Shown here piece after piece: positions 20,674 to 32,104 of a stretch of DNA of 64,000 nucleotides. The DNA is taken from assembly GCA_965237955.1 (NCBI GenBank), contig OZ250169.1, forward strand, positions 192,001-256,000, written 5' to 3'. The notes under the pieces are model-generated. The model searched no databases, was not told the DNA's origin, and saw nothing but the letters and a program-made list of their open reading frames with translations. Position 1 is the stretch's first letter. The number at the start of each line of letters is the position of its first letter. This DNA comes from Candidatus Marinacidobacterales bacterium. Lineage in GTDB: Bacteria; Acidobacteriota; Vicinamibacteria; Marinacidobacterales; SMYC01. The position numbers and the translations under genes were made by a program.

Positions 20674-21045
20674 GGGACTTATACCTATAGTTTGACACGC
20701 GCCCGCCGCTTCCGGTGGGCGGCGAGGCTGGATTTGGCATGGCGCTTGCGCTTCCGCTCGTCGTCACCGTCCTGCGGCTTAGGTTTGATTTTTTGGTGCG
20801 TGGTGGCGGGCGTTTTCTCCGCAAGTCATTTATTTACCAAGGCTTAGGTACGCGGTGTGGATCGTAATAAGTCATCGTGTCTCCCGTTGGGAGACAGCCG
20901 GACGCGCCCGGCCTCGGTGAGTTCGGGCGCTGTGGGCTGCGCCAGCAGCCCAGCCATGTAGCGGCGGCGGATTTCCCTGTTTCCTAGCGGCTTCCGTGTT
21001 CACTATCGCCCTTATGGGGGTCGTCAAGCTAGCAGTATAAGTCCC
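20674..21045. mobile_element. 372-bp MITE-like element inserted into a solo long-TIR end (about 20545-21079)
   Basis: Imperfect 23-bp TIRs GGGACTTATAC(CTA/TGC)TAG(T/C)TTGAC; 9-bp target duplication ATTTCAAAA (20665-20673, 21046-21054); no transposase ORF. Confidence 0.85.
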
Positions 21046-21177
21046 ATTTCAAAAGGGCTGAGTTTTGGCACAGGACGGGATAGTGTTGTGGTCGCGGCTG
21101 GCTCGGCCCAGCGCTGCAGATAACGCGCAACTACGGAGCGGCCATGAACATCGTACACATCTTCTTACTCCCCTTCG

Positions 21178-21990
21178 CTACCTCGTCAAAATGAACCGCC
21201 GATAGAGCGGCTGGACCGGACGCGCGTTGATCGGATATAGGGCCGCGAAGGCATCGACCTGTGCCTGTGAAACTGCAATTGCCTCGGTAAGCACCACCCA
21301 GTTGACCACCTCAGAGCAGGGTGGCGTCGTCAGGGAGCCGGCGTACCGGAAGTAGCTCCGGCCTCCGGGCAGGAAGGCGTTCGGATCGAGGTCGACCAGC
21401 GGTGTGGGCGCCTGATCGACGCCTGGTATGGCATACCAGATGCTCTGGACGGCCGAGTGCACGCCGCCGACGTCCATGAAGACCCCGATCACCGCAAGAT
21501 CACCCTCCTCGGCCTGATGCACAAAGTGGACCTCCAGCGGGTACTCTTCCCCATCGACTGTGTGTTCGCTCGGCAGATGGAAGTGGAACTGCAAGAGCGA
21601 GAATTGCCGGCCCTGCAGAGTGATGGAACTCCCGGCGTCTATGTTGACCTGGATGGTATGTCCGTTATCCATGACCTCGCCCGCCGCGGGTTGCCACTGG
21701 ATTTCGAGTCCCCCTCTGCCTGCCGGGATCGCATCCGTCAGATCGATCGGAGATTGCTGGACCCCGCTGTCACAAACCGCGAAGGACGAATCCAGCCCAC
21801 CCCATTGGTACGGTCCGGTGTCGCCTTCGTAGCTCCAGTGAACCTCGCCGGTCGCTGCGCCCTGCGCGCGCTCCGCGTCCATCTGGTCCTCTGCATCCCC
21901 CTGGTTCGGTGCATCTGCCCGGCAGGCGTATTGTGCGCCAGCGAGGAAGACAACCGCGAGTACCTGCAGGAATGAATGACGATACTTCAC
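21178..21990 (-). CDS. cah: Alpha-class carbonic anhydrase, exported
   Basis: HWSYEG, QSPIDL, NGHTIQV, QFHFH..SEH, EVHFVH, YFRYAGSLTTPPCSE, NARPVQP; N-terminal signal peptide. Confidence 0.95.
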   Translation of the reverse strand: MKYRHSFLQVLAVVFLAGAQYACRADAPNQGDAEDQMDAERAQGAATGEVHWSYEGDTGPYQWGGLDSSFAVCDSGVQQSPIDLTDAIPAGRGGLEIQWQPAAGEVMDNGHTIQVNIDAGSSITLQGRQFSLLQFHFHLPSEHTVDGEEYPLEVHFVHQAEEGDLAVIGVFMDVGGVHSAVQSIWYAIPGVDQAPTPLVDLDPNAFLPGGRSYFRYAGSLTTPPCSEVVNWVVLTEAIAVSQAQVDAFAALYPINARPVQPLYRRFILTR

Positions 21991-22494
21991 GTTTCTCCTC
22001 CTCTCGGGTTTCGACGGTCCGCTGCCCCTGTCACAGCCCGAATCACATCCCGCCCGCCGCTCGCGGGTTGCGGCGCGGAAGTCTTCGAGCGGGGGCTTCG
22101 GGCAACGCTGATTTAATGGGCCATTTCAAAAAGGCCGAGTTTTGGCACAGGACGGGCACGAGAGGGCCGATACCCGGCTCGATCTGGTCCATGGGCAGAC
22201 ACGTCGGATGCTGGTGGATGAGTTGTTGCAACCAGCGCTCCTTCAAGTTGGAGGCTCGGTGCAGGCGCGTGGATTCGCCTTCCGACACCAGAATCGGCGT
22301 TCCGCTCGCGGTAGTCAATTCGTGCTCCAGGGTTGATCTCGCCGGTCGGCCTCGGCCGACGTCGGCTCGCCGAGCAGCACCTCTCGGGCCAGACGATTGT
22401 AAAGCCAACGGCCCTTGGCCCGGTCGCAAACACAGACACTAAGCTGCTGATTTATAGTCTACTTCAAAAGGGCCGCGTTTTGGCACAGGACGGG

Positions 22495-22762
22495 GTGCCG
22501 ATTACTTCCATCAACGCGACAAGGAACAGCTCACAATACGAATGACACGACGCCTAAGGGAGCTCGGTTTTGACGTCACTCTCACACCTCTTGCCAACGC
22601 TACACCCTGAGTTTCTTATTAGTTTTCCACGGCCTGACGGCCACCCCGAATGAATGAAACGCGGTAGTCTCTGGAGGTGGCACCGGCTCAACACGACGCC
22701 TGAGGGAGCTCGGTTTTGACGTCACTGCCCCAAAACGCTACACCCTGAGTTTCTTATTAGTT
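22495..22762 (+). mobile_element. IS110-family transposase C-terminus and right end, followed in tandem by a 138-bp mini-element
   Basis: GADYFHQRDKEQLTIRMTRRLRELGFDVTLTPLANATP*; AGTT cores at 22621 and 22759. Confidence 0.7.
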
Positions 22763-23284
22763 GAGGTCTCGAGCGCGGAGCGGGCCGCTAGATAATGGGG
22801 CTCGAGCGCACCGCGTTGCCAACATCTTGGGGTCGGATCGGCCCTGAATGGCTCAACTTGACGGTACCTTCTGGACGTAGGGCTAATCCGAAACGGCCCG
22901 GCGCGCCGGTCTTGAGTCCGTTTGTATTTTTGGACACGCCGGCGTTTAGCTTCGTTGGAATCGCTGTTCAGCTTCCTCTGGAACCGGCGTTCACCATGGC
23001 TGGAATACGCACCGATGCGATCCGTCAGATTGGAGTGAGCGAGGTCACGTTCTATCGGTGGCGTCGGCATGCCGAAGGGTCGATGGGTGACGCAGACGGT
23101 GTTAGGATCACAATAAGACGAGCAGAGCATGGAGCGCAACGGTGGACGTTGACCGACCAACGAAAGTGATAGCGGACGAAGTGCTGGTACTGGACAGCAG
23201 CACTTTCATCAAGGAGGTCGGCCTGACGAAAGAGGGGGCCTCCGCCCTGAAACACTACTTGTTCCATCGGGGGACGCAACTGGT

Positions 23285-23500
23285 CGTCGTGTTGAGCCGG
23301 TGCCACCTCCAGAGACTACCGCGTTTCATTCATTCGGGGTGGCCGTCAGGCCATGGAAAACTAATAAGAAACTCAGGGTGTAGCGTTTGGGGGCAGTGAC
23401 GTCAAAACCGAGCTCCCTCAGGCGTCGTGTTGAGCCGGTGCCACCTCCAGAGACTACCGCGTTTCATTCATTCGGGGTGGCCGTCAGGCCGTGGAAAACT
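23285..23500 (-). repeat. Tandem 138-bp IS110-derived mini-elements (1.5 units), inverted relative to 22621-22762
   Basis: Cores (AACT on + strand) at 23359 and 23497; units nearly identical to 22621-22762. Confidence 0.85.
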
Positions 23501-23553
23501 TGACAGTACCGAGATGAGCGCACCGAAGAGCCAAACAAACTGAGGATGCAACA

Positions 23554-24282
23554 ATGAATCTCCGCCGATACTTTTTCGTCCTGCTCATCGTCTTGTTCCT
23601 GCATAACCCTTTATGTGCGCAGGAGACTGACGAAGCCGGTCGATTCTACCTCGACCTTTCTGGATCAGCCGTTTTTCCATACGACCCGAAGGAGCAATCG
23701 AGATTCGGCAGTGAAGGGATTAATTTTAAAGCTGGAGCCGGTTTTACAGTAGCCTTCGGCTACGCCTTCAAAGAAGGCTTCTCGACCGAGATTGAATGGG
23801 GATACCAGAAATCCGGTATCGGCACCCCCACCGAAAACCTCTCTCAGGAAATCGACTTTGGTGACTCTGCAGATATTGAAGGGTTTCGCCCTCCCATCAC
23901 CATAGAAATAGACGGAGAACTCAAGACCCAGTCTCTCATGGGCAATGTCTACTACCGCTATCCCAGATGGAGCGTGAGTCCCTATGCTGGGTTCGGTCTG
24001 GGAGCCTTCTTCCACGATGGGGGCTTCACCTCCATCGTCACTGTTGCAGATGACATCCTCCTCGGCGGCATCACATCCGGCTTTGGGAACGGCCTCCCCA
24101 TCGTGCCCCTCAGAACCACAGTCGGATACCAGGATTCCCGGTTTGCCTATCAGATCATGGGAGGTCTCTCGGTCCGGGCCTCCAGTCTAGTGGAGTTCCG
24201 CCTTGGCTATCGCTTTCGCTCAAGCCGGGCGGGGCCGATCGATGCCGATCATATTGAGACAGGCCTCCGGTTGCAGTTCTGA
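23554..24282 (+). CDS. Outer-membrane beta-barrel protein (opacity/OmpA-like)
   Basis: Signal peptide; SLMGNVYY, SPYAGFGLG, FAYQIMGG, LGYRF; C-terminal Phe. Confidence 0.85.
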   Translation: MNLRRYFFVLLIVLFLHNPLCAQETDEAGRFYLDLSGSAVFPYDPKEQSRFGSEGINFKAGAGFTVAFGYAFKEGFSTEIEWGYQKSGIGTPTENLSQEIDFGDSADIEGFRPPITIEIDGELKTQSLMGNVYYRYPRWSVSPYAGFGLGAFFHDGGFTSIVTVADDILLGGITSGFGNGLPIVPLRTTVGYQDSRFAYQIMGGLSVRASSLVEFRLGYRFRSSRAGPIDADHIETGLRLQF

Positions 24283-25054
24283 TGCCAGTAAATCAGTAAC
24301 GGCAGCCGTCGCCATGAAACTGAGCTTCAATTGCGTGTCCGGTCGCGCACGCCTCCATCGCAACGTATTGAACCGGATGTCGTCCTGTGCCAAAACTCGG
24401 CCTTTTGAAACAGACCATAGAATCAGCAGTTTAGTGTCTGTGTTTGCGACCGGGTCAAGACCGTGGGCATGAGATCGCTGAGCTGACCGCGGGCCGACAT
24501 TGATCCAGACCACGCTGGCGCCATCACGATAGCTGTGCGCGGCGCTCTAAGCGCGATGTCGCTGGCGTCGTGTCCAAAAACACGAACGACCTCAAGACCT
24601 GCATCAGCCGGAGCGTTTCGGATAGACGCGTCTAGACTCTGCTTGCCGATCGCCTCTCACCAACTCCGTGCTCGCAGAAAGTTTTTGCGGACTTCAAGAA
24701 CCCCTCTAGGATTCTAGCTTCTCGGCGCCGTTCAAGTTTTTGGACACGACGGGCGCAAGATAGGGGAATTATATATAACAGTTGACTCAGTAGCAAATCC
24801 CGCCTAGTCGGTCCCTGCCACTCGCAATGTACGCGGACCCGACGCCGGGTTGCCTGCCGAATAGAAAACTTGCTCGCAAGAAATAGGCGGGGTCCGCACA
24901 CCGCGTGCGCTACGAGTGGCATCTGACCCGGTGGCCAATTTCGGCCATCGGGCATCTTAGGATAAAGTTGCCGATGATGAAACGTGCACTATTCGTGTCC
25001 CTGTTGCTTCCAATCCTTTTCCTCGGCTGCGGCAATAGTGGTAGCACCCCAACC

Positions 25055-26400
25055 TGTGCATCATCAATATCCGTCCGCTCCTGAAATCAAGGACTTACGC
25101 ACCGTTCACGCCTCGGCCAACGAGCGCATCTCCCGCTTGAGATCCCGGTCTTGAGACGGCAAACTCTGCCGCCATGCTCCGTGTCCTCATCTTCCTCGTC
25201 TCACTCGGCGCCCGTGCGATCCGGGCGATGTGTCGGCGCCGAGCCGACCTCGTGATTGAAAACCTGGCCCTGCGGCAGCAAGTTACGGCGTTGAAGAAGG
25301 AGCGCCCCCGGCCACGGCTCGAGGACACGGACCGAGCATTCTGGGTTGCGCTCCGAAGCTCGTGGCCAGCGTGGGCGAGCCGGCTCGTTATCGTGAACGC
25401 CGACACGGTCGCCCGGTGGAATCGAGATCGGTTCCGCCGATACTGGGCTCGGATCTCCCGTCCGCGCTATCCAGGTCGACCTCGGATTGATGCCGAGATT
25501 CGTCGTCTCGTCCGCACGATGGCCCAAGACGGCTGGGGTGCACCTCGTATCCACGCTGAGCTGACGAAGCTCGGATTCGTTGTCAGCGAGATGACGGTGT
25601 CGCGATACATGCCGCACCGCCGAGCCGAACCCGACGAAGTGAAGCGATGGATTGCGTTCTTGCGGAACCACAAGGACGACATCGCCGCGATGGATCTGTT
25701 CGCCGTACCGACGGCGTCGCTACGGCTGCTGTACGGCTTCTTCGTCATCGAGCACGGCCGTCGCCATATCTTGCACTTCAACGCGACGTACAACCCCACG
25801 TCAGCGTGGGTGATTCAACAACTGCGCGAGGCGTTCCCATACGACACGGCACCACGATACTTGGTCTTTGACCGCGACGCGATTTTCAGCCCTGCAGTGG
25901 TGGAGTTCATCAGGGCCATGGGCACAAAGCCTGTTCGCATTTCTTATCGCAGCCCTTGGCAAAACGGTACCGCCGAACGCTGGATCGGAAACTGCCGCCG
26001 CGAGATGTTAGAGCATGTAGTTGTCCTCAGTGAGCGGCATCTCGTCCGGCTCATGCGCTTGTACATCAGCTACTACCACGAGGACCGTTGCCACTTGGGT
26101 CTCGACAAAGACACCCCGAACTCAAGACCCGTCACGCCCCGACCATCACCGACCGCAAAAGTCGTCGCGTTGCCGCGAGTGGGTGGGCTCCACCACCGCT
26201 ACGAATGGCGCGACGCCGCCTGAGCCAGTTTAGTCGCTGCGCGTCGATTGCTGGGGTCCCTCGCGATTGCGTTGTCCACCTCCGCGGCCCATTGATCGCG
26301 TGATCTCGGCAAGTGCCCGCGCGCGCCGACCCGGGTTTCTTCGTTCGTCGTAGGGCCACCAGCGGTACCATTCCCGCTGGATCAATAATGATGAAGGACA
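25055..26400 (+). mobile_element. Integrase-core-domain IS-like element, transposase 25174-26223 (349 aa)
   Basis: Imperfect IRs TGTGCATCATCAATAT / TGTCCTTCATCATTAT; ENLALRQQ, WGAPRIH, DRD, PWQNGTAERW motifs; truncates a lipoprotein start (ATG 24974, LGC lipobox). Confidence 0.85.
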
Positions 26401-26719
26401 GGCCTCATTTTCGGTTTTCGTCTCTAATCTCGATTTCCGAGGGACAAGTTTGCGCCAAATGGGGAGCGGGTGCTGACCTGGAGCCGTACGGCAGTGGAAA
26501 AGAGGCCATCCGAGAGGCCCAGAATCGAGTCCGTGGCTACCGCAGCGTAGCGGACTAGCACGTTCTGGTCCAGGTGCGCCTAGGCCTCCTTCATGCCCAT
26601 ATCTGGTATCGAATTGGGCCCCAACCAGGGTCCGCCAAAGCTTGCTCGGCCGCGTCACCGAACCAGACGGGGAGAATCGTAGAATTTTTTGAGCCCGCCT
26701 GACGTTAAAATACCTATTT

Positions 26720-26822
26720 GCAGAATCATGGGTGAGTTTGTCATCTCACCCCTGCCTTCCTTGTCGACGAAGTCGATATGTGCAGCAGGGTCCCCTCGCT
26801 CCACGGGCGTTACCCAGCTTCG
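26720..26822 (-). mobile_element. Group II intron fragment (domain III and RT start)
   Basis: GAAGCTGGGTAACGCCCGTGGAGCGAGGGGACCCTGC then MTNSPMILQ. Confidence 0.55.
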
Positions 26823-26829
26823 CCTTGCG

Positions 26830-27228
26830 CCTCAGAGATCGTGGTGTGATCGGGCACATCATTGTCTAGCTTCATCAGAGCGAACAACGATCGCAGCAAT
26901 CCCTCGCTCTGCCTAGACGACAGATGAAACACCATGCCCAGGGTGACAGCCGTCTCGATGGCGTGGTTCGAGTACTTGCGTTGACGGCCCGGTTTCCTCT
27001 TCCTCGGCCGGGGCGCGTCCCAGTTCACAAGCTTGCCGGCGGTGAGCGAGATCCAGACGGTCAGGCTCCCGCGGTTGCGTAGACCCGCCTCATATTCACG
27101 CCAATTCCTCACGCGATAGGCCTTCTTCACATACTTCCGCTGAGTGCGTTTGAAAATGCTCATGGGGAACCTCGAATCCGCGAGTACAGGACAATTGTGG
27201 ACCGAGATCGCGAGTTGTGCACCAAGGC
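26830..27228 (-). pseudogene. IS5-family (IS903 group) 5' remnant, distinct from the 5706/46322 element
   Basis: YRVRNWREYEAGLRNRGSLTVW..YSNHAIE..PDHTTIS. Confidence 0.8.
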
Positions 27229-27296
27229 ACATTATCGCTGGAAAGAGTAACATGCGGCGTGAATACGAATCACCCCTCGGAGGAGAGTCAATCAAA

Positions 27297-28355
27297 GTGA
27301 GACTGCTACTTATTACCCAAACCGTCGACACTACCAGCGATATCCTGGGATTCTTTCAAGGCTGGTTGGAGAAATTGGCCGAGAAATGCGAATCAATAAC
27401 AGTTATCTGCCTCACGGAAGGTGATCACCGTCTTCCGGCGAACGTTTGTGTACGGAGCCTCGGCAAAAGACACGGGCTCTCCCGGGCCCGGTTGCTGTGC
27501 CGTTTCTACAAACAAGCCTGGGGTGAACGAGCCCACTACGACTCGGTTTTCGTACATATGACGCCCATCTATGTCCTGCTGGGCTGGCCACTCTGGCAGA
27601 TCACAGGGAAACCCATCTTCCTTTGGTATAACCACCCGGTCGGCACACCAGTGACCCGACTCGCTATTGAGCTCGCGAACATCGTGTTCTATACCTCGCC
27701 CTTTTCTTTCGCCGCAAAGTGCGCAAAGGCGCTCATCATGCCCGCCGGAATACCCACCAAGCTCTTCCAGCGACGAAATGACGCGAGAAAGGGGTCACGT
27801 ACGATTCTATACTTGGGACGTCTATCTCCGGCCAAGAGGATCGATTGCTTGATAGACGCCGCAAACCTTCTCGACCGACGCACAGTACATTTTCAACTTC
27901 GTGTCGTAGGTTCACCAGCGAGGTCAGGAGATCAAGCGTACGAGGAAGAGCTTCACCAGCGAGCGAGAACGCTCATCGATAAAGGCAAAGTTGCCTTTCA
28001 TGCCGCAGTTCGAAACCTCGACACGCCCGAGATCTACAACCAGAGCCAAATACTGGTAAACCTAAGTGCCGCCGGTCATCTGGATAAAACCATCCTCGAA
28101 GCGATGGCGTGCGAAACCCTGGTTCTTGTTTCGAGTCGAGCGTTTGACACCGTATTACCGAACGAGCTCAAGTTTAAAGAGAGTAATGCCGAAGACCTCG
28201 CAGACAAAATCGTCGCGATCTTTGGAATGGAACACGACAAGCAAGAAGGCTACCGGCGCCAATTGCGGCAATACGTCGAGGAGTATCACGACCTTGACAG
28301 ATTGATAGAGAAATTGACAGACGCAATGACGTCCCATACGACAAGCAAACGGTAG
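27297..28355 (+). CDS. GT4 glycosyltransferase
   Basis: GTG start after GGAGGAG; LLLITQTVD..LGFF, YLGRLSPAKRID, DKTILEAMAC. Confidence 0.9.
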   Translation: MRLLLITQTVDTTSDILGFFQGWLEKLAEKCESITVICLTEGDHRLPANVCVRSLGKRHGLSRARLLCRFYKQAWGERAHYDSVFVHMTPIYVLLGWPLWQITGKPIFLWYNHPVGTPVTRLAIELANIVFYTSPFSFAAKCAKALIMPAGIPTKLFQRRNDARKGSRTILYLGRLSPAKRIDCLIDAANLLDRRTVHFQLRVVGSPARSGDQAYEEELHQRARTLIDKGKVAFHAAVRNLDTPEIYNQSQILVNLSAAGHLDKTILEAMACETLVLVSSRAFDTVLPNELKFKESNAEDLADKIVAIFGMEHDKQEGYRRQLRQYVEEYHDLDRLIEKLTDAMTSHTTSKR

Positions 28356-28362
28356 GTTGGAA

Positions 28363-29330
28363 TCATCGTGCTTGGAAGCCTTGCTCTCGCGTGTACCCGA
28401 GTTGCCTCATGGTGTCGCCGCAATAATGCTCTAACGTAGCCAGCATGGAGTCGTTCCACTTAGGCGGGTCCCGGAACTCGTGGCGCACCTTTTTGATATT
28501 GATCCTGGTTTTGAAAAATTCCTCAGCATCAGCCAACGTCAGGTCGTCTGCTCCCACAAACCGAAGGAAGACGCTTCGCAACTCTGATGACGCTTGTTCG
28601 AAGAATCCTTCGAAGTTCACCTGGAGCTTTCTTTCCTCAGGGATTTCGGCGAGAAAATCGAGGATTGATCGGTTAACGGCGTTCCAGTACCAGCACGTCT
28701 TTTCGAAGGGGCTCATATTTTGCCTCTCTTGCCAACGACCCTCGGCTTTCTCGAAGGGATGAATATGGGTGTCGTAACGACGTGCCTCGAAATAGTTCCG
28801 GAGGAAACGAGGCCCAAACTTAGCCATCGATCTGATATATCCGTGACGAAGGATGCATCGCCCCAGCGGGGCAAAACGAGTGCCCACAAAAGCCGGCTGC
28901 TCCATCGGTGACGGGCTGAACTTAGTCATGAAGGAAGTGATCACCGCCTTGGGCTCGAGATGAAGGTGAACGAAACGGGCTTCCGGGAACGCACGGCTCA
29001 GCAACGTGCCGAAGGGCGAGAATTCATGGTTGAGCTCGACCAACCCCCGTCCTTCCCTTGTGACTAGGTCGATTAAGTCAAGCCCTCGACCGGCGAAGCA
29101 ACCTCACCACTAGATCTTTCTTGTCTTCGTTGTCTTCCGACAATGCCTGGTAATAGGCAAAGTTCTGCTCCAAGACGTGGCTCATGTCGTTCCGGTACTT
29201 GTCAAGCCAACCTCGATATCGGTGAAAAGCTTCCACCTATTCGAGCGTGTAATGAACCGTTGCACCCAGATTCAACTACGACGCATCGACGGCTACCAAC
29301 GTCTGAGCGAGGTTCTCGAACACGCGGAGG
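28363..29330 (-). pseudogene. Sulfotransferase-like gene, 5' degraded
   Basis: FPEARFVHL..P..VITS, CWYWNAVN, QLGY in ORF 28363-29043; upstream frame interrupted. Confidence 0.55.
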
Positions 29331-29545
29331 TTGCCGCCTGATATGATACTCTGATGATGGAGTGGAGGGCGCCGTTCTTTTTCCACGGACCTCGGGACAC
29401 ATCCAGAAACAACCTAGCTGAAAGTCTCGCACGAGCCGACGCGATCGCATTCGTGTCAGGCAATGAGTTTTCTTTCTTGGTCGAACGACAACGGTGACGT
29501 GGTGCGAGAAGACGGTGGTGCCCGGTCGACAACTGAGGTTGTTCC

Positions 29546-32104
29546 GTGACTCGATTGAACGGATGGGCTCCGGCTAGCACGTCAGCGCGCCTTTTCGCGG
29601 CGACTCTCGCTGCCGTGGGATTTGTCCAGGTGCTTGGTGCTTACGAGGTGCGGATTGGAGCCTTCGACATACCAACCTTCTCGATCGGATGGCTTCTTCT
29701 CGCCAGCTCGGCGGCATTCTTCATGCTGCCGCGATCGACCGCACGCCTTCCAAGACGGCTCGGTTTGTGGACTCTCCTCTTCCTCTCCACCGGCTCGTCG
29801 CTCCTGTATTGGTGGGCGGACGTCTCCAAAGCGCCATCGCGGTTGGTAGCCGCGGTGCGCCGCGAGGCGCGAGCGGAGGACCGCCCGGACCGACAGATAT
29901 TGATCGATGAGATCAGCGTAGCGGACCGTCGTGCGTTGAGGACCCTGACCGGATTTCGTCGGCATGTCCGCTTGACGGTGGATGGGTTCGTTCATTTGCC
30001 GTCGACGGGCAGTTATCGATTCGAGATCCGATGCGACGACTATTGTGCGCTGACGATCGGAACGAGGCTCATCGGCCAGGGGAGCGCCGAGCTCATCGAT
30101 GCACGGCTCGAGGCAGGGACATATCCGTTCCGAGTGAGCTACCAACAGGGAAGCGGGCCCGCGTTAATTTCCCTGGAATGGAACCGGCCCCGGTTCGTCG
30201 AGCTCCTACCGATGCGAAAGCTCGTTTCTGGCCGACAAGAACTCCTTTCGCCCAATCGCTTGCGTGTGAGCGCCATCCATGTCGCCGCGCTCGTTCTCTT
30301 GTCCACGTGTTGGTGGATGTTCTTTGCTGTGGGGCTCGCACGAGCCGCGGAGTCCCGCCAAGCGTTGTACCGTCGGCTCGCGCTCGGATGGGATCGACTG
30401 AACGACGATCTGCCTCCGGACAGCAAGCCCTCGGGCACAATATCTCCAGTCGACGGCGTTATCATCGGTGTATTCGTTCTGCTCGGCGTGCTGTTTCAGT
30501 TCGCACATATCAGCAGCCGTCCTCCTCACGTGATTCTGAATAGTGACGCGGGCAACATCGCCACGTTCGCCGCGGCGCGTGATCACCCGGAACTCTTCGA
30601 AGGCGATGGGTTGCTGGGCAATCGCGACCATTTTGGGTGGTATCCGACGATTCACGTTCCCTTGATCAGGGCATTGGCTCCCATCACCGGTGACTACGGG
30701 ACGGCGCTCATGTCACTGCTCGGTCTTCACGCGCTTCTCCTCGGTGTGGGATTCTATGTGCTCGGCAGAGCCGTTTTCGCGAGTCGCTACTGGGCCTTTC
30801 TGCTCGCGCTCGCTGCCCTTATGTTGGTCAAGCTCAACTTGGGCGAGTTCTGGGGTCTCTACAAATCCCCCATTCCGCGAACAACGTTCCAGGCGTTGCT
30901 CCCGTTCGTCGCCGCTTGTGCTTACCAGTGGCGTGCGATGCCGGGTCGGTGGCCGTTGATAATGATCGCGGCCGGTTTGCTCATTTACGTTCACCCGGTC
31001 AGCGCTCCGGCCTGGGGCTTGGCGTTGTGGTTGGGATTTCTCGTGTTCGTACCCGGTCGATGGCGTGTCGTGCCGTCCGTTTTGGTGATGCTCGCGCTCG
31101 GCGGGTTGTTCCTGGCAGTCACGGTTCCATTCCTGTGGCACTATCTTACCTTTCAGGAGATGGGACCGAGCGCGTCGTACGCTGAGGTCCATCGGATCAT
31201 AGAGGCTCGATTCTTGCCCGGTTACGTGGATTTGGGACAGGCACTCCAAGACTTTGCCCGTGAATGGGCCTCGATTCCGGGGCGATGGATCGCGTGGCTG
31301 TGGGCGTCCCTGGGGGTGGTGCTGCTGCTAACGCTACGCCGCCGCGACAAAGCAAGCGTCTTGGTGCCGCTTCTCTGGCTCGTCGGCGTCGTGATTACCT
31401 CGGTCGTGTTGCCGCTGATCGACCACACGATTGCGCGAGCTCATCAATCGTTTCCAGCTCAATACGATCTCATACGTGGGATTCGCTACCTCGTTCCCTT
31501 CTTGTTGCTGTTCTCGCTCTGGCCTCTCGCCGAGATGACCCGGCGGTTCCGTGCCATTGGATACCGAATCGGATCTAGCTCGACGATGATCCTGGGAGGC
31601 GTGCTCGTCGCTATATGGTCCTACTGGCACCCGCCGGTCTCGCCGACTCGACTTTTCTCTTGCTGGAGCACCGGCCGACTGGCTTGCAAGTGGATCCCGG
31701 CCCCCGCAGCCGACGCTCTGCGGGCCATTCGCGAGCGCGTTCCTCCCGGTGCGCCGATTCTTGCAACCGACTTGGAGCTTTCCATCCGCTACGCATCGCT
31801 GCGTCCAGTCGTTTGGAGTTACAAGGACGGGGGGCTACTCATCTATGTCAACCATGACGAGTTGATCGAATGGAATGCTCGAAAGCGGGAATTCTCCATC
31901 GCATTGCTGACCGAGGACTCCGGCATCCGACTACAGCGTCTGGCTGCTCTAGGAGAGAAAACCGGCGCACGATTTCTTTTCCTCCGAGCCGGCCTCATTG
32001 ATGACGTCCCGACACAGGCGCGAGAGATAGTTTGGATGAATGAGGTTTACGCTCTCCTTCCCCTCCCCGGAGATCCTGCTTCGGCGGGCATAACGAGTCA
32101 ATAG
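29546..32104 (+). CDS. Polytopic membrane protein with a PA14-like domain and a GT-C-like C-terminal region
   Basis: 852 aa; GSYRFEIRCDD..YQQGSG..LEW (PA14-like); many TM segments; RDHPELFEGD, HPVSA. Confidence 0.7.
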   Translation: MTRLNGWAPASTSARLFAATLAAVGFVQVLGAYEVRIGAFDIPTFSIGWLLLASSAAFFMLPRSTARLPRRLGLWTLLFLSTGSSLLYWWADVSKAPSRLVAAVRREARAEDRPDRQILIDEISVADRRALRTLTGFRRHVRLTVDGFVHLPSTGSYRFEIRCDDYCALTIGTRLIGQGSAELIDARLEAGTYPFRVSYQQGSGPALISLEWNRPRFVELLPMRKLVSGRQELLSPNRLRVSAIHVAALVLLSTCWWMFFAVGLARAAESRQALYRRLALGWDRLNDDLPPDSKPSGTISPVDGVIIGVFVLLGVLFQFAHISSRPPHVILNSDAGNIATFAAARDHPELFEGDGLLGNRDHFGWYPTIHVPLIRALAPITGDYGTALMSLLGLHALLLGVGFYVLGRAVFASRYWAFLLALAALMLVKLNLGEFWGLYKSPIPRTTFQALLPFVAACAYQWRAMPGRWPLIMIAAGLLIYVHPVSAPAWGLALWLGFLVFVPGRWRVVPSVLVMLALGGLFLAVTVPFLWHYLTFQEMGPSASYAEVHRIIEARFLPGYVDLGQALQDFAREWASIPGRWIAWLWASLGVVLLLTLRRRDKASVLVPLLWLVGVVITSVVLPLIDHTIARAHQSFPAQYDLIRGIRYLVPFLLLFSLWPLAEMTRRFRAIGYRIGSSSTMILGGVLVAIWSYWHPPVSPTRLFSCWSTGRLACKWIPAPAADALRAIRERVPPGAPILATDLELSIRYASLRPVVWSYKDGGLLIYVNHDELIEWNARKREFSIALLTEDSGIRLQRLAALGEKTGARFLFLRAGLIDDVPTQAREIVWMNEVYALLPLPGDPASAGITSQ

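Noticed and set aside
22156-23284. Nuclease-like (22156-22300) and PIN-like (23167-23284) fragments as a defence module
   Set aside because: Only short stubs bounded by IS ends; too little sequence to support a system
22546-23500. Repeats near the orphan cas5 as a possible CRISPR array
   Set aside because: The 138-bp units are contiguous with no spacers and derive from an IS110 transposase tail
27144-27296. N-terminal extension of the GT4 in the ORF track
   Set aside because: Begins inside an IS5 remnant; a better start is GTG 27297 with an RBS
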